This document shows, in pieces, positions 14,674 to 26,468 of a DNA stretch of 64,000 nucleotides (positions are counted from its first letter, which is position 1; each line of letters opens with the position of its first letter). The stretch lies in assembly GCF_009914755.1 (NCBI RefSeq), contig NC_060933.1, one strand, 5' to 3'. The position numbers were made by a program, and so were the translations under genes. The notes beneath the pieces are model-generated. The model was not told where the DNA came from, searched no databases, and saw nothing but the letters and a program-made list of their open reading frames with translations. The stretch is from the human T2T-CHM13v2.0 reference genome, Homo sapiens.

Positions 14674-17600
14674 ATTCTCCAAATAGTTTTCATTGGCTTT
14701 GGTTTCATCTTATCAAGAGGAGATCAATTCAACCTTTACTTTGTACCCATTGAGTGCCTTTTGTCTGCTAGAAATTTTTCAGGCTTTATTTCAATCAACC
14801 CCCACTGTGATTCTGCAAAGTAGGTATTTATGTGCATTCTATGAATGAGGAAACAGGGTTGCATGCAAATTGATCTGGCTTAAAAACTCACTCTTTCTTT
14901 ACAACTTTAAATATTTCATCTCCAGAACTACTATATTGTCATGATTGAAATGACTGGATGAGAAATACTCAGAAATTTCAAGTCCCTGCTCCCCTGGTGG
15001 CTACAGAAGTACAGTTGAGAGGCCTTTCAGTATTTCTTAATAGACAGCCACCTTCCCTCTGCCTGGAGTAGATGAGATTCCTGACTCCTGTCTTTCTTCT
15101 GAGACTCTGCCCAGGATACCCTAGTTTTGCGGAACTGACACACCCAAATGTCCTGAATGAGTCATAAACTCTTCCCGAAGCTAACATGTGATGAGGAGGG
15201 AAGGCTCTTTCTGCCACAGCCTGTGAAATGGTTTCCATTACAGTGTTTCTGCTGAGAGCAGCAATTCTGTCTTTATCCTCTTTCCCATGACTACAGAGCC
15301 TCCAACATCTGACTGAGTTGACAGAAGAGTGAGGGGGACACTGGAAAAAGTCCCAGGCTGGAGGCCAGGGGACCTGGAGGCCGATATTGTCATTGCCTCT
15401 GACTAGTCCTATGCTCTTGAGCAAGCTGCTCCAGTGTCTGAGTCTCTGGTCTCATTTGGACTAAAAGTCTTGGTCCTTCTTTGTGCTTACAATTTAAAGG
15501 ATCCCTGCATAGCCAAACGGTACCATTCTTAATGGCATGAACAATATCAGAAAGACTTTAGATAACATTCATTTGGAGATAACTTTGCCATGTGCTTCAC
15601 TCCCTCTCAACCGGCAATATGGCAGAGTGGTTAAGAGTGTAGAATCTGCATTAAAATTCCAGTTCTGCCTTTTTTGACTGGTTTATCTTGGGCAAGCCGC
15701 TTAGCCCCTGTGTCTTATATTCTTCATCTATCCAATGGGGATAATGATAAAGATGATGTTCTCCCCCGAGGGTTTTGATGACTGCTAGTTAGACCAGCAC
15801 TGACCACTGTTCAGTCCAATGAAAGTACTTGTCTCATGCCCTGCTATTCATTCTTCCTCAATCTCCCGTAGAGAAAGAGACTTCAGCTTTAAACTCAGAG
15901 TCTTTATAATAGGCCATCAGCTGTGTGACCTTAGGCAACTCAATTCAACTCTCTGATCTTCAGGATTTTTCAACTTTAAAATAAGGATAACAATAAGAGC
16001 AACTTCATGGTGAAGGGGGATAAGGATTAATAAAACAACACATGTAATATTTCTAGGAGAATGCCTGGCATATGGAAAATGTTTGCTCCCTTTAGATGTT
16101 ATCCTCGTCTTGTGTGAATCTTAAAATTTCTAGCCTGCTTCAGATTTAATTCCATTTTCTTTCTAAGATGTGAGAAAACATAATTTGATATTTCAGGCCA
16201 AGTTAAGCTTTTTTATTGAGCTCACACAGTTGTAAATATGTACATTAAAGTATGTCCTCATGAAGAACAAAGGGCATGGATTTTTCCAGCACCCTCCATC
16301 CCCCAACTCACAGCCTCAACATCCGCAAATAATTAATGCATAGAGGAAGTTTACGGTTGGCCACCCAAATGCATCTCAAACATTAAATTTAAAAAACTAA
16401 AAGGATGAACCCAGAAAACTGCTATAAACTTCAAAGAATCTATTAAGGACTTAGACATATGGTGTTAAAAGATATGTCCAAGATTTATGGCACTGGGCCT
16501 ACAAAAAAGAATTCTGGATAGGCTTCTGCTATGTGAAATATCAGGAAAGGGTCAGCAGAGGTGAGCTCTGTGTCCCCAACTGCCTGGAGTGACCTCACGA
16601 GCAGAATCAGATAGCAGTGGACTTAGCTCAGTTCTTGGCTCCTCCAGATGCAAGCCAAACTTCAATGCTTAGGGCAGCGAGAATGTACTGGACAGAGAGC
16701 CGCTAAAGATAGGAGAAGATAGATCAGATATGTTTTGCATTTAGGTCCTTTCTTTTTTTTTTCTACCTGGAACACAGGCAGTGATAATTATGGCCACTAA
16801 CCATATTGAGCAATTGAGCAATTGCAATGTGTTAGATGGTTTTACATTGAATTTAATTTATACCTCATAACAAACTGTAAAGAATGTACTACCGTTTTCT
16901 TCTTCTAGAGGGGAAGAAACTGAGGCTCAACAAGTTTAAGAAAGTTGCTGGGAGACATATAGCACACAAACATAAAACCAGAATTTGAATACACATCTAT
17001 TTCATGATGGACTACTTTTGTGGAACTGTTAAAGGAAACAAGTAATGGCCGAAATGAATGGTTTAGTCATTGATCTGCTTGAAGGCTGAGCAGCAGATCA
17101 AATGGCCTCTTGGACACCCAAGATTTTGGGAGTCTAAGACTCTGCCTTTCTGAATTGCATACCTTATATGTCTACATGAGTCCTTCCAAATAAGCTGCTC
17201 AGCACCCCTGGTCCATAGATCCTTTGTAATTATTGCCTCCTCTCAAAAGCACAACATTGATTTTATCCACCTGGAAGTTACTGTCTGCCTGCTTTTAGAT
17301 AGAGAGCAAATCTCCTCTTTGAACAAATTCATACAAAACTCTCACTATAGTCGGGACCCAGGATATGTTTTAAAATTGATTAGAAGTGTTCCTTGAGCTT
17401 TTATTTCCCTTCTGTTTGTGGAGGAAGGAACAGAAATATTTCCAACTTACCTTATACAATAATGACTGTTACAGGTATGACCTCAGACCCAGAGTTTGGG
17501 GATGGAATTTTCTGCCTTTGATCTTGGTTTGTACTGTCTCTAAGATGTGACATCTCTTCTACACTGTTGCCACCCAGCATCCATCTGTCATATTCCAAAC

Positions 17601-17689
17601 TGCCAATGTGTGTCACCCAAAACATTAGATGACCTAGTTGTTCTCCCTGCCTAGAGCCTTGCCTCCTCTAATTCACTTCATTTAAAAAG

Positions 17690-18924
17690 AAAGACATTTA
17701 TCTTATAAAAGAATACAAGCATACGGAAAAGTACCTAATAATATAGTAAATAACTGTATTGCCTACTGTTAGCAACTTTTAAATTACATATAGATGCATC
17801 AATAAAGGCAATATATAGTATTGTTGTAAACACATTTAAACCTGGTTTAAATTTTATCACATTACACAAACCATTAAGTGAGTTTCTTTTTAAAAACTCA
17901 ACATCATGTTTTAAGAATTAGCTCTGTTAATATATGTAGATAGTTTATTCATTTTTAACTGCTCTATGGAGTACCTTTGTGTGAATATTCCACAATTGAA
18001 TTAATCCACTCTCTTACTGGTATGCATTATTTGTTGTTATAAACAACACTGCAATAAGCATCCTTGTACACATTTCTTTGTGCATATTTGCACAAGTAAC
18101 TGTGGAGTACATACCTAGATATAGAATTTCCAGACACATAATATTGTCATATTTATATTTACTAAAGAATATCAAATTTACTTTCTCAACAGCGTTGAAT
18201 GAGTTTCCATTGCCCTACATTCTTACCAATAATTGGTATTGTCAGATATTTGACAATCTTATGGGTTTGACAAAGGGTTTCGTTTCCTAACTTTGTGTTT
18301 GTTAGTGAGGAAAATTAATTCACATTTATTTATTAGATTTTAATTCAAATTTATTAGTGAGAATAATTATCTTTTGTATGCATATTGGCTACTGGGATTT
18401 TCTCTCTCGTGATTTGCCTGTTTGTGTCATTGTGATTTTTTTTGTCTTGAATTTTTAATATTTAATCTGTTGATTTGTAGAAATTTTTATCCCTGCATGG
18501 TATGTGTACTAATTTTGACACAAAACTTGCAAATAACTTCTTCAAGTCTGTGGTTTATTGTTTACATCTTTTTGGAGATATATTTATCATTTACAAGATT
18601 TTTAGCTTTACCATAGTCAAATTTATAAAATTTTGAATGTTTTTATGGTTTGAGCTTTGATGTCTGACTCAATAAATCCTTGCTTCTGACAGTCAAGAAG
18701 TTATTTTTCATTTATTTATCATTTATTTCATCTATTTATCATTTTATAAGTTTTAAAGTTTTACTTTTTGTATTGTGATCCTCAGTGTATCTGGAATTTA
18801 TTTTGATCTAAGGCAGTCTTCTAATTTTGTTTTGTTTCCATATGGAAACCCAATTGCCTTTGTACCAATTATTGAATAGTCTAACATTTCTCTATTTTTT
18901 TATAGCAGCATCTCTGATAATGCC
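17690..18924 (-). mobile_element. Ancient L1 (L1M-type) fragment, left flank of the HERV-H
   Basis: Degraded antisense L1 3'UTR/ORF2 text (caataagcatccttgtaca, tctggaatttatttt, ttattgaatagtc) that resumes after 24619. Confidence 0.75.
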
Positions 18925-18929
18925 AATTT

Positions 18930-19342
18930 TTTCATTCATGTCCCTGTGAAGAGACCACCAAACAGGCTTTGTGTGAGCAATAAAGCTGTTTATTTCACCT
19001 GGGTGCAGGTGGCCTGAGTCTGAAAAGAGAGTCAGTGAAGGGAAATAAGGGTGGGGCCGTTTTATAGGATTTGGGTAGATAAAGGAAAATTACAGTCAAA
19101 GGGGGGTTGTTCTCTGGTGGGCAGAGTGGGGGTCACAAGGTGCTCAGTAGGGGAGCTTTTGAGCCAGGATGAGCCAGGAGAAGGAATTTCACAAGACAAT
19201 GTCATCAGTTAAGGCAGGAACAGGCCATTTTCACTTCTTTTGTGGTAGAATGTCATCAGTTAAGGCAGGAACCGGCCATCTGGATGTGTACATGAAGGTC
19301 ACAGGGGATATGATGGCTTAGCTTGGGCTCAGAGGCCTGACA
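18930..19342 (-). mobile_element. HERV-H 3' LTR (LTR7)
   Basis: Minus strand reads TGTCAGGCCTCTGAGCCCAAGCTAAGCC...TGAAA; AATAAA at 18989-18994 (-); polypurine tract adjacent at 19343-19357. Confidence 0.97.
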
Positions 19343-21179
19343 TTCCTGTCTTCTTATATTAATAAGACAAATAAAATGAAATAGTGGTAAAGTGTTGAGA
19401 TGGTGAAAATTTTTGGGGGTGGTATGGAGAGATAATGGGCGATGTTTCTCAGGGCTGCTTCGAGCGGGATTAGGGGCGGCGCGGGAACCTAGAGTGGGAG
19501 AGATTCAGCTGAAGGAAGATTTTGTGGTAAGGGGTGATATTGTGGGGTTGTTAGAAGAAACATTTGTCCTGTAGAATTATTGGTGATGGCCTGGATATGG
19601 TTTTGTATGAATTGAAAAACTAAATGGAATAAGAGAAGGAGAAAAACAGGTATAAAAGGTCTAAGAATTGGGAGGACCTAGGACATCTGATTAGAGAGTG
19701 CTTAAGGAGATTCAGCATAGTCCTGCCAGCAAAGATTATTTATTTACTTCAAGAGTTTAGAGTGGCAGTTTGGGGATAGCACTAGGAGATATCAGCTGTG
19801 ATGGCTTGGAGAAACAGTGTAAACTGGCAGTGTAAACAAGAGCAGGGCATGTATGAGTAGTTGAGAACAGTGAATAGGAATGACTAGACAGAAGATAGTA
19901 GGGATGACAAGTTTTTTGGGGCACAGTCCAAGTTGGTCTGGTGTCTGGAATGAGACTGGGGCCTAATAAAAATGAGCGTCTATACAGGAGCTTAAATGGG
20001 ATGTACCTTGTAGCATTCTGAGGACAGGCCTGAATTCTGAGAAGGGAAAGTGGTAAAAGTATTGTCTAGTCCTTTTTAAGTTGGTGGCTGAGCTTGGTGA
20101 GGTGTGTTTTAAAAGACTATTAGTCCGTTCTACTTTTCCTGAAGACTGAGGACTGTAAGGGATATAAAGGTTTCACTGGATATTAAGAGCCTGAAAAAAT
20201 GCTTGGCTGATTTGACTAACAAAGGCCAGTCTTCTATCGGACTGTGTAGAAGTGGGAAGGCCAAACTGAGGAATTATGTCTGACAGCAGGGAAGAAATGA
20301 CCGTGGTGGCCTTCTTACACCTTGTGGGAAAGGCCTCTACCTATCTAGTGAAAGTGTGTACCTAGACCAAGAGGTATTTTAGTTTCCTGACTCAGGGCAT
20401 GTTGAGTAAAGTCAATTTGCTAGTCCTGGGCAGGGGCAAACCCTTGAGTTTGATGTGTAGGGAAGGGAGGGGGCCTGAATAATCCTTGAGAAGTAGTAGA
20501 ATAGCAGATGGAGCACTGAGAAGTTATTTCTTTGAGGATAGATTTCCACGATGGAAAGGAAATCAGAGGTTCTAAGAGGCGGGCTAGTGGCTTGTACTAT
20601 AGCATAGCCTGCCTTTGCTGGTGTGTGGTGATTAGGCCTGGTGGAACTGCCATCAATAAACTAAGTGTGATCAGGGTGAGGCACAGGAAAGAAGGAAATA
20701 TGGGGAAATGGGGTGAATGTCAGGTGGATCAGAGGGATACAGTCATGGGGGTCAGGTGTGGTATCAGGTATAATGTGGGAGGCCAGATTGAAGTCCGGGC
20801 CAGGAACAATGATAATTGTGGGACTTAACAAAGAGTGAGTACAGCTGAAGGATCCGGGGAGCAGAAAGTATATGTATCAGCTATGAGGAAGAAAATAGAT
20901 TTTGGAAGTTATGAGAAATGTAGAGAGTGAGTTGAGCATAGTTTGTGATTTTGAGGGCCTCTAAAAGTATTAGGGCAGCAGCAGCCGCTGCACGGAGACA
21001 TGATGGCTAGGCTAAAACAGTAAGGTCAAGTTGTTTGGACAGAAAGGCTACAGGGTGCGGTCCTGGCTCTTGTGTAAGAATTCTGACCGCACTAACCATG
21101 CCTAGGAAGGAAAGGAGTTGTTGTTTTATAAGGGATTGAGGTTTGGGAGATTAATTGGCACAATCAGCAGGGAGAGCAC

Positions 21180-21713
21180 GTGTGTTTTTATGAGAATTAT
21201 GCCGAGATAGGTAACAGATGAGGATGAAATTTGGGCTTGACTGAAGTAATGGGGGCTGTCTGTGAAGCCTTGTGGCAGTACAGCCTAGGTAATTTGCTGA
21301 GCCTAATGGGTGTCAGGGTCAGCCTAAGTGAAAGCAAAGAGAGGCTGGGATGAAGGGTGCAAAGGAATAGTAAAGAAAGCATGTTTGAGATCTAGAACAG
21401 AATAATGGGTTGTAGAGGGAGGTATTGAGGATAAGAGAGTATATGGGTTTGGCACCATGGGGTGGATAGGCAAAACAATTTGGTTGATAAGGCATAGATC
21501 CTGAACTAACCTGTAAGCCTTGTCTGGTTTTAGGACAGGTAAAATGGGGGAATGGTAAGAAGAGTTTATAGGCTTTAAAAGGCCATGCTGTAACAGGTAA
21601 GTGATAACAGGCTTTAATCTTTTCAAAGCATGCTGTGGGATGGGATATTGGGATTGAGCGGGGTAAGAGTGATTAGGTTTTAATGGGATGGTAAGGGGTG
21701 CATGATCGGTCAC
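21180..21713 (-). pseudogene. pol: HERV-H pol reverse-transcriptase remnant
   Basis: ORF 21324-21713 contains SPILPVLKP..YRLVQDL..NPYTLL..VLDLKHAFFTIPL..FAFT*; same frame continues QIT*AVLPQGF..SPHYFSQAQISSSSVTYLG; stops present and YxDD absent. Confidence 0.95.
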
Positions 21714-22257
21714 TAAGGAGGGAGTAGAGGTGTCTTATACTTGTGGGTTAAGGTGGGGAGATATAAGGGGAGGATGTGAAGGAGGCTTTGAACTGGGAGA
21801 AAAGGCAGCAATGAGGTGTGGCTGTAGCCTAGGAATAGTCAGGGAAGCAGATAATTTAGTTAAAGTGTCTCGGCCTAATAAGGGAACTGGGCAGGTGGGG
21901 ATAACTAAAAAGGAGTGCTTAAAAGAGTATTGTCTAAGTTGGCACTAGATTTGGGGAGTTTTAAGAGGTTTAGAAGCCTGGCTGTCAATACGCACAACAG
22001 TTATGGAAGCAAGGGAAACAGGCCTTTGAAAATAAGGTAATGTGGAGTGAGTAGCTTCCGTATTGATTAAGAAGGGGACGGACTTACCTTCTACTGTGAG
22101 AGTTACTTAGAGCATCTGTGATGGTCCTGTAGGCTTCTGAGGCGATCAGGCAGTGTCAGTCTTCAGCTGCTAAGCTGAGAAGATCTGGGAAGGAGTCAGT
22201 CAGAGAGCCTTGGGCCACAGTTCCAGGGGCTCTGGAAGTGGCTGCCAGGTGAGTTGA

Positions 22258-22368
22258 ACAGTCTAATTTTCAGTGGGGTCCTGCACAGATGGGACATGGC
22301 TTAGGAGGAATCTTGGGCTGTGGGCCTTCCTTGGCCTAGTGGCTAGATTTCTGGCACTTGTAGCAAGC
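22258..22368 (-). pseudogene. gag: HERV-H gag nucleocapsid zinc-knuckle remnants
   Basis: Minus-strand translation CYKCQKSSH*AKEG and CPICAGPH*KLDC, i.e. degraded CCHC motifs. Confidence 0.88.
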
Positions 22369-24050
22369 TCCTGGGGGAGGAGGTTCTGGAGGAACCCCTG
22401 GCAGCTGTGGTTCAGGTATTTGGAGTTCTTGTTGTGCTGGAGATGTGGCTGGGGTTTGTCTCACCGTGGAGGCAAATAATTGCAACTTAGAAATACGTTG
22501 CTACTTGGCTGCCTCTACTCTATTATTGTACACCTTGAAGGTGACGTTAATTAAGTCCTGTTGTGGGGTTTGAGGGCCAGAATTTAATTTTTGGAGTTTT
22601 ATTTAATGTCGGGAGCAGATTGGGTAATAAAATGTATATTGAGAATAAGACGGCCTTTTGACCTTTTAGGGTCTAGGGCTGTAAAGCGTCTCAGGGTTGC
22701 TGCCGAATAAGCCATGAACTGGGCTGGGTTTTTCATATTTGATGAAACAGCCTAAATGCTCACTGATTTGGGAGAGGTCTGATAAAGAAAAAGGAGCATT
22801 AACTTTGACTATGCCTTTAGCTTTAGCCACTTTTTAAGAGGAAATTGCTGGGCAGGTAGGGGAGGGCTACTCACGGAATTAAACTGTAAACTGGACCGGG
22901 TGTGAGGAGAGGAGGTGATAAAAAGATTACAGGGTGGAGGAGTGGAGGCTGGGGAAGAATTGGGACCTAGCTTGGCCTGGCGAGGAGCAGCCTGGGGAGG
23001 AGGGGAGAGGTCAGATGGGTCTGTAGAAAAGGAAGATTAGAAAGACTCAGCGACGCTTGGGGTTGGGACAGAGGGGACAGGCAGGAGGGAAAGAAGGAAG
23101 ATTTGGGATGAGTTGCACTGGGCACAGAGACTAGGAAGGGACTGATGTGTAAAAGAATGCCTGGACGTCAGGCACCTCAGACCGTTTGCCTATTTTACCA
23201 CAAGAATTCTTTAGATCTTGCAGGATGGAAAAATTGAAAGTGCCGTTTTCTGGCTATTTGGAACTACTGTGAGTTTGTATTGGGGTCAAGCAGCATTGCA
23301 GAAGAAAATAAGATGCTTAGATTTTAGGTCAGGTGAGAGCTGAATAGGTTTTAAGTTCTTAAGAACACAGGCTAAGGGAGAAGGAGGAGGAATGGAGGGT
23401 GGAAGTTTGCCTATAGTGAAGGAGGCAAGCCTAGAAAAAAGAGAGAGTAGAGACACAGAGGGAAGGGGTTTGGGAGTTCTTACCTTCCAGAAAAGCAGAA
23501 AAGGGGTCAAGGCACAGAAATAAGGGGTTGGGGCACGGAGATAAGAGGTCGGGGTGTGGAAATAAGGGATGAGGGCACAGAGATAAGAGGTCGGGGTACT
23601 TGCCCCTCCTTTAGAAAAGCGGGACTTGCCGCTAAGGGTGAAAGAGAAGGGGTTGAGGGGTTCTTGCCTCTCCTTCAGAAAAGCAGAGAAGGGGTAGAGA
23701 CATGGAGAGAAGGGGTTGGGGTACTTGCCCCTCCCCAAGAAAAGCAGGACTTGCTGCTAAGGGTGAAGGACCAAGGCAGGCATCCTTGCATGGTATGACA
23801 CCTCTGAAACATGAGTGAATAATCAGAGGTGTCCCTGCAATGATTAAACACCAAGGGAAGGCTGCCTTCCCAGTCTGTGACAGGCGCTGGAGTTTTGGGT
23901 CCACGGATAAAATGTCTCCTTTGTCTCTACCAGAAAATGAAAGGAATTGAAATTAAGAGAAGGGAGAGGTTGAAGTGTGGCGCCAAGATTGAAAGGAGAA
24001 CGAGGTTGAGGGATAGTGAGGGAGGTTGAAGAAGAGAGTAAAAATAGGCT

Positions 24051-24060
24051 GCTTACTGGA
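24051..24060 (-). promoter_or_regulatory. HERV-H major splice donor (CCA|GTAAGC)
   Basis: Minus strand ttcaaatcca|gtaagc about 145 nt downstream of the 5' LTR; GT intact, -1 position A instead of G. Confidence 0.7.
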
Positions 24061-24182
24061 TTTGAAATTGGTGAGATGTTTCTTGGGCTGGTCGGTCTGA
24101 GGACCTGAGGTCATAGGTGGACCTTTCTCATGGAGCAAAGAGCAGGAGGACAGGGGATTGATCTCCCAAGGGAGGTACCCTG

Positions 24183-24200
24183 ATCCGAGTCATGGCACCA
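24183..24200 (-). other. Primer-binding site, tRNA-His
   Basis: TGGTGCCATGACTCGGAT two nt after the 5' LTR; one mismatch to the tRNA-His 3'-end complement TGGTGCCGTGACTCGGAT. Confidence 0.93.
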
Positions 24201-24202
24201 AA

Positions 24203-24614
24203 TTTCACTTGCATCCATGGAAGAGACCACCAAACAGGCTTTGTGTGAGCAATAAAGCTGTTTATTTCACCTGGGTGCAGCTGGGCTGAGTCCGAAAAGA
24301 GGGTCAGCCAAGGGAGATAAGGGTGGGGACGTTTTATAGGATTTGGGTAAATAAAGGAAAATTACAGTCAAAGCGGGGTTGTTCTCTGGTGGCCAGAGTG
24401 GGGGTCACAAGATACTCAGTAGGGGAGCTTTCCAGCCAGGATGAGCCAGGAGAAGGAATTTCACAAGACAATGTCATCAGTTAAGGCAGGAACAGGCCAT
24501 TTTCACTTCTTTTGTGGTGGAATGTCATCATTTAAGGCAGGAACCAACCATCTGGATGTGTACATGAAAGTCACAGTGGATATGATGGCTTAGCTTGGGC
24601 TCAGAGGCCTGACA
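24203..24614 (-). promoter_or_regulatory. HERV-H 5' LTR (LTR7) promoter
   Basis: TATAAAA at 24332-24338 (-), duplicated GTTCCTGCCTTAA.TGATGACATT repeats, about 93% identical to the 3' LTR by hand count. Confidence 0.97.
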
Positions 24615-24619
24615 AATTT

Positions 24620-26464
24620 TCCATGGATTTGTTTCAAGGTGCTTGACTGTATTGTATTGATCTGTTTGTCTCTTCTTTATATAAATAACATTGTGTTACA
24701 TACAGTGTTAGAATAACGCTTGTATGTGGTCTTGTATGCTTTATTCCCTTCCTTCAAAGCTTTATTTCTTTATTCTTTCTTATGAAGAGTATAAATACTG
24801 GCTGGTCCATTTTAATGAAAACCTTATTATAATTAACTAAAATTGCAACAAATATGTAGATTATTTTGGTGGCAGAACAGGAACCTCTTTAATAATAAGT
24901 CTTCTGTTCCATAAATGTTTATTCAGGCTTTCTTCTATGTCTTTAAAGAGATTCTTAAAATTTTCTTCTAAAAGTTTATTTATTTTTTTGCTAGAATTAT
25001 TCATAGGAGCCTGAAGTTTTTCTTGCTATTGTAAAAGTATCTTCAATTTCCATTACACTTTATAATTGGTATGGCTGAATTCTAGAATGAAAATAAATTT
25101 GCGTTGATCTAATAACTTGCTGAATTCTGTTATCTTTTGTAATATTTTATCCGTATTTTTTTAAGAGTTTCTAATCATATTGTTTGCAAGTGAATGTCAT
25201 TGTATCTCTTTTTATCTATTTAAAAAATATTGTGTTTATTTTTCTTATTGCATTGGCCAGGGCTTATGTACAATTTTGAATGGTAGGAGTGATAGCAGGC
25301 ATTTTTGGCTTTTTCCAGATTTTCAAGGGAATGTTTCTAATGTTCCATCATTATAGAGGCCACATAGCACACTGGTTAAAAATGCAAGATCAAGGAGGTT
25401 TGAATTTAGGCTCTGTCACTTAAAAGTTGTGTGATTTGGGCCAGATAACTTAACCCCTCTGTGTTCGTGTTTTTCCATTAGTGAAATGAAAATAAACAAA
25501 AGCAACAACAACAATAATATTTATATCAGAAGAATGTTGTGAGGATTAAACATATATGTGTGTATATATACACATACATATATTAATATATGTATGTATG
25601 TATGCATATATATTTTTGTACTTAGAACAGTGCCTAGTACAAATTTAATGCTCAATAAGTATTTAATAATGATAAAAAGTGATATTTACTGAATACTTTT
25701 TATAAAGATTCCTTATACGTTTGAGGAAATTTCTTCATATTCCTACTTTTCCTAAAGTTGTCTTTATAGTTGAGAGTTAAATTGTATCAAATGCTTCTTC
25801 TTCACCTAATAAGATAAATGATATGCTTTTTTGTTAGTGTTCTAAAATGGTGGTTAATTTTAACAGATTTTCTGCCACTGAACTATATTTGCATTCTTGG
25901 GCTATCATTCATTGTTACTGTTGATGTTATTGGTACACTATATATTTGAAATTATTATTTTGCTTTCCATTTATAAGTGAGATTGGGCTTTTTTTTATTT
26001 TTGTACTGCCTTTTTACATTTTGAACAAGAAAAGGATTGTTTGTTCTTTGGTGATTAGTAAAATGTGACTGTATGAATTTATCTGGGTATTGTTTCTTTT
26101 TGGTATGAAAACTGCTTAGCTTATCAATTAAAATTATCTGATATCTAATTTTGTGTAGGATTTTTGTTTGTATTGATGTCAATATTGATTGTTTCTATGG
26201 TTTCCATAAAGTATTTTATTTATGCTACATTTTCAAATTTGCATATTTGGAAAAGCTATGAAATCTACAAATTGAAAAATCTACAAAAAATAGCATGAAA
26301 GTTGGTTTAATTTATAATGATTTAAAAAATTCTCTACTATAGCCCTAATTGTGGTCCCACTTTGTTACTATAGTTTAATTTGTGATCTCTTTTTTTTTTG
26401 GTTTTGTTTAATAATCTCTTTTGCTTCTTTGTTTTCTTGTACATTAATATCAGTTGTTTACCTG
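24620..26464 (-). mobile_element. Continuation of the ancient L1 ORF2 (antisense)
   Basis: Degraded L1 text (cttattgcattggccagg, gtgatagcaggcat, tttgaggaaatttc, tgtatcaaatgcttc). Confidence 0.75.
25365..25670 (+). mobile_element. Near full-length MIR nested inside the ancient L1, with internal TA/CA-rich repeat
   Basis: tagcacactggttaa...ggtttgaatttaggctctgtcactta...gttgtgaggattaaa...cttagaacagtgcctagtac...gctcaataa. Confidence 0.85.
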
Positions 26465-26468
26465 TTTC

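Larger units (their letters stand above)
18930..24614 (-). mobile_element. HERV-H provirus, 5685 bp, env-deleted (RTVL-H2-like), non-coding
   Basis: Two LTR7s, His PBS, PPT, gag zinc-knuckle and pol remnants; 5-bp TSD AATTT at 18925-18929 and 24615-24619. Confidence 0.98.

Noticed and set aside
14978-15424. 148-aa minus-strand ORF
   Set aside because: Non-ATG start, no recognisable domain or exon structure; length expected by chance in 64 kb.
17341-17350. ctcactatag resembling the T7 promoter end
   Set aside because: Only 10 nt match, the upstream TAATACGA is absent and there is no vector sequence nearby.
18930-18950. Cluster of differences between the two LTR U5 tips
   Set aside because: The ancestral sequence here is CpG-rich as I recall it, so independent CpG decay largely explains it.
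21324-21713. RT ORF as a functional or domesticated protein
   Set aside because: Ends at a premature stop, further stops follow and the catalytic YxDD is deleted.
23286-23904. 150-aa and 90-aa ORFs and repeated purine-rich units (ggggtacttgcccct, gaaataaggg) suggesting an array
   Set aside because: This is the ordinary repetitive pre-gag leader of HERV-H; not CRISPR-like, and the ORFs are low-complexity.
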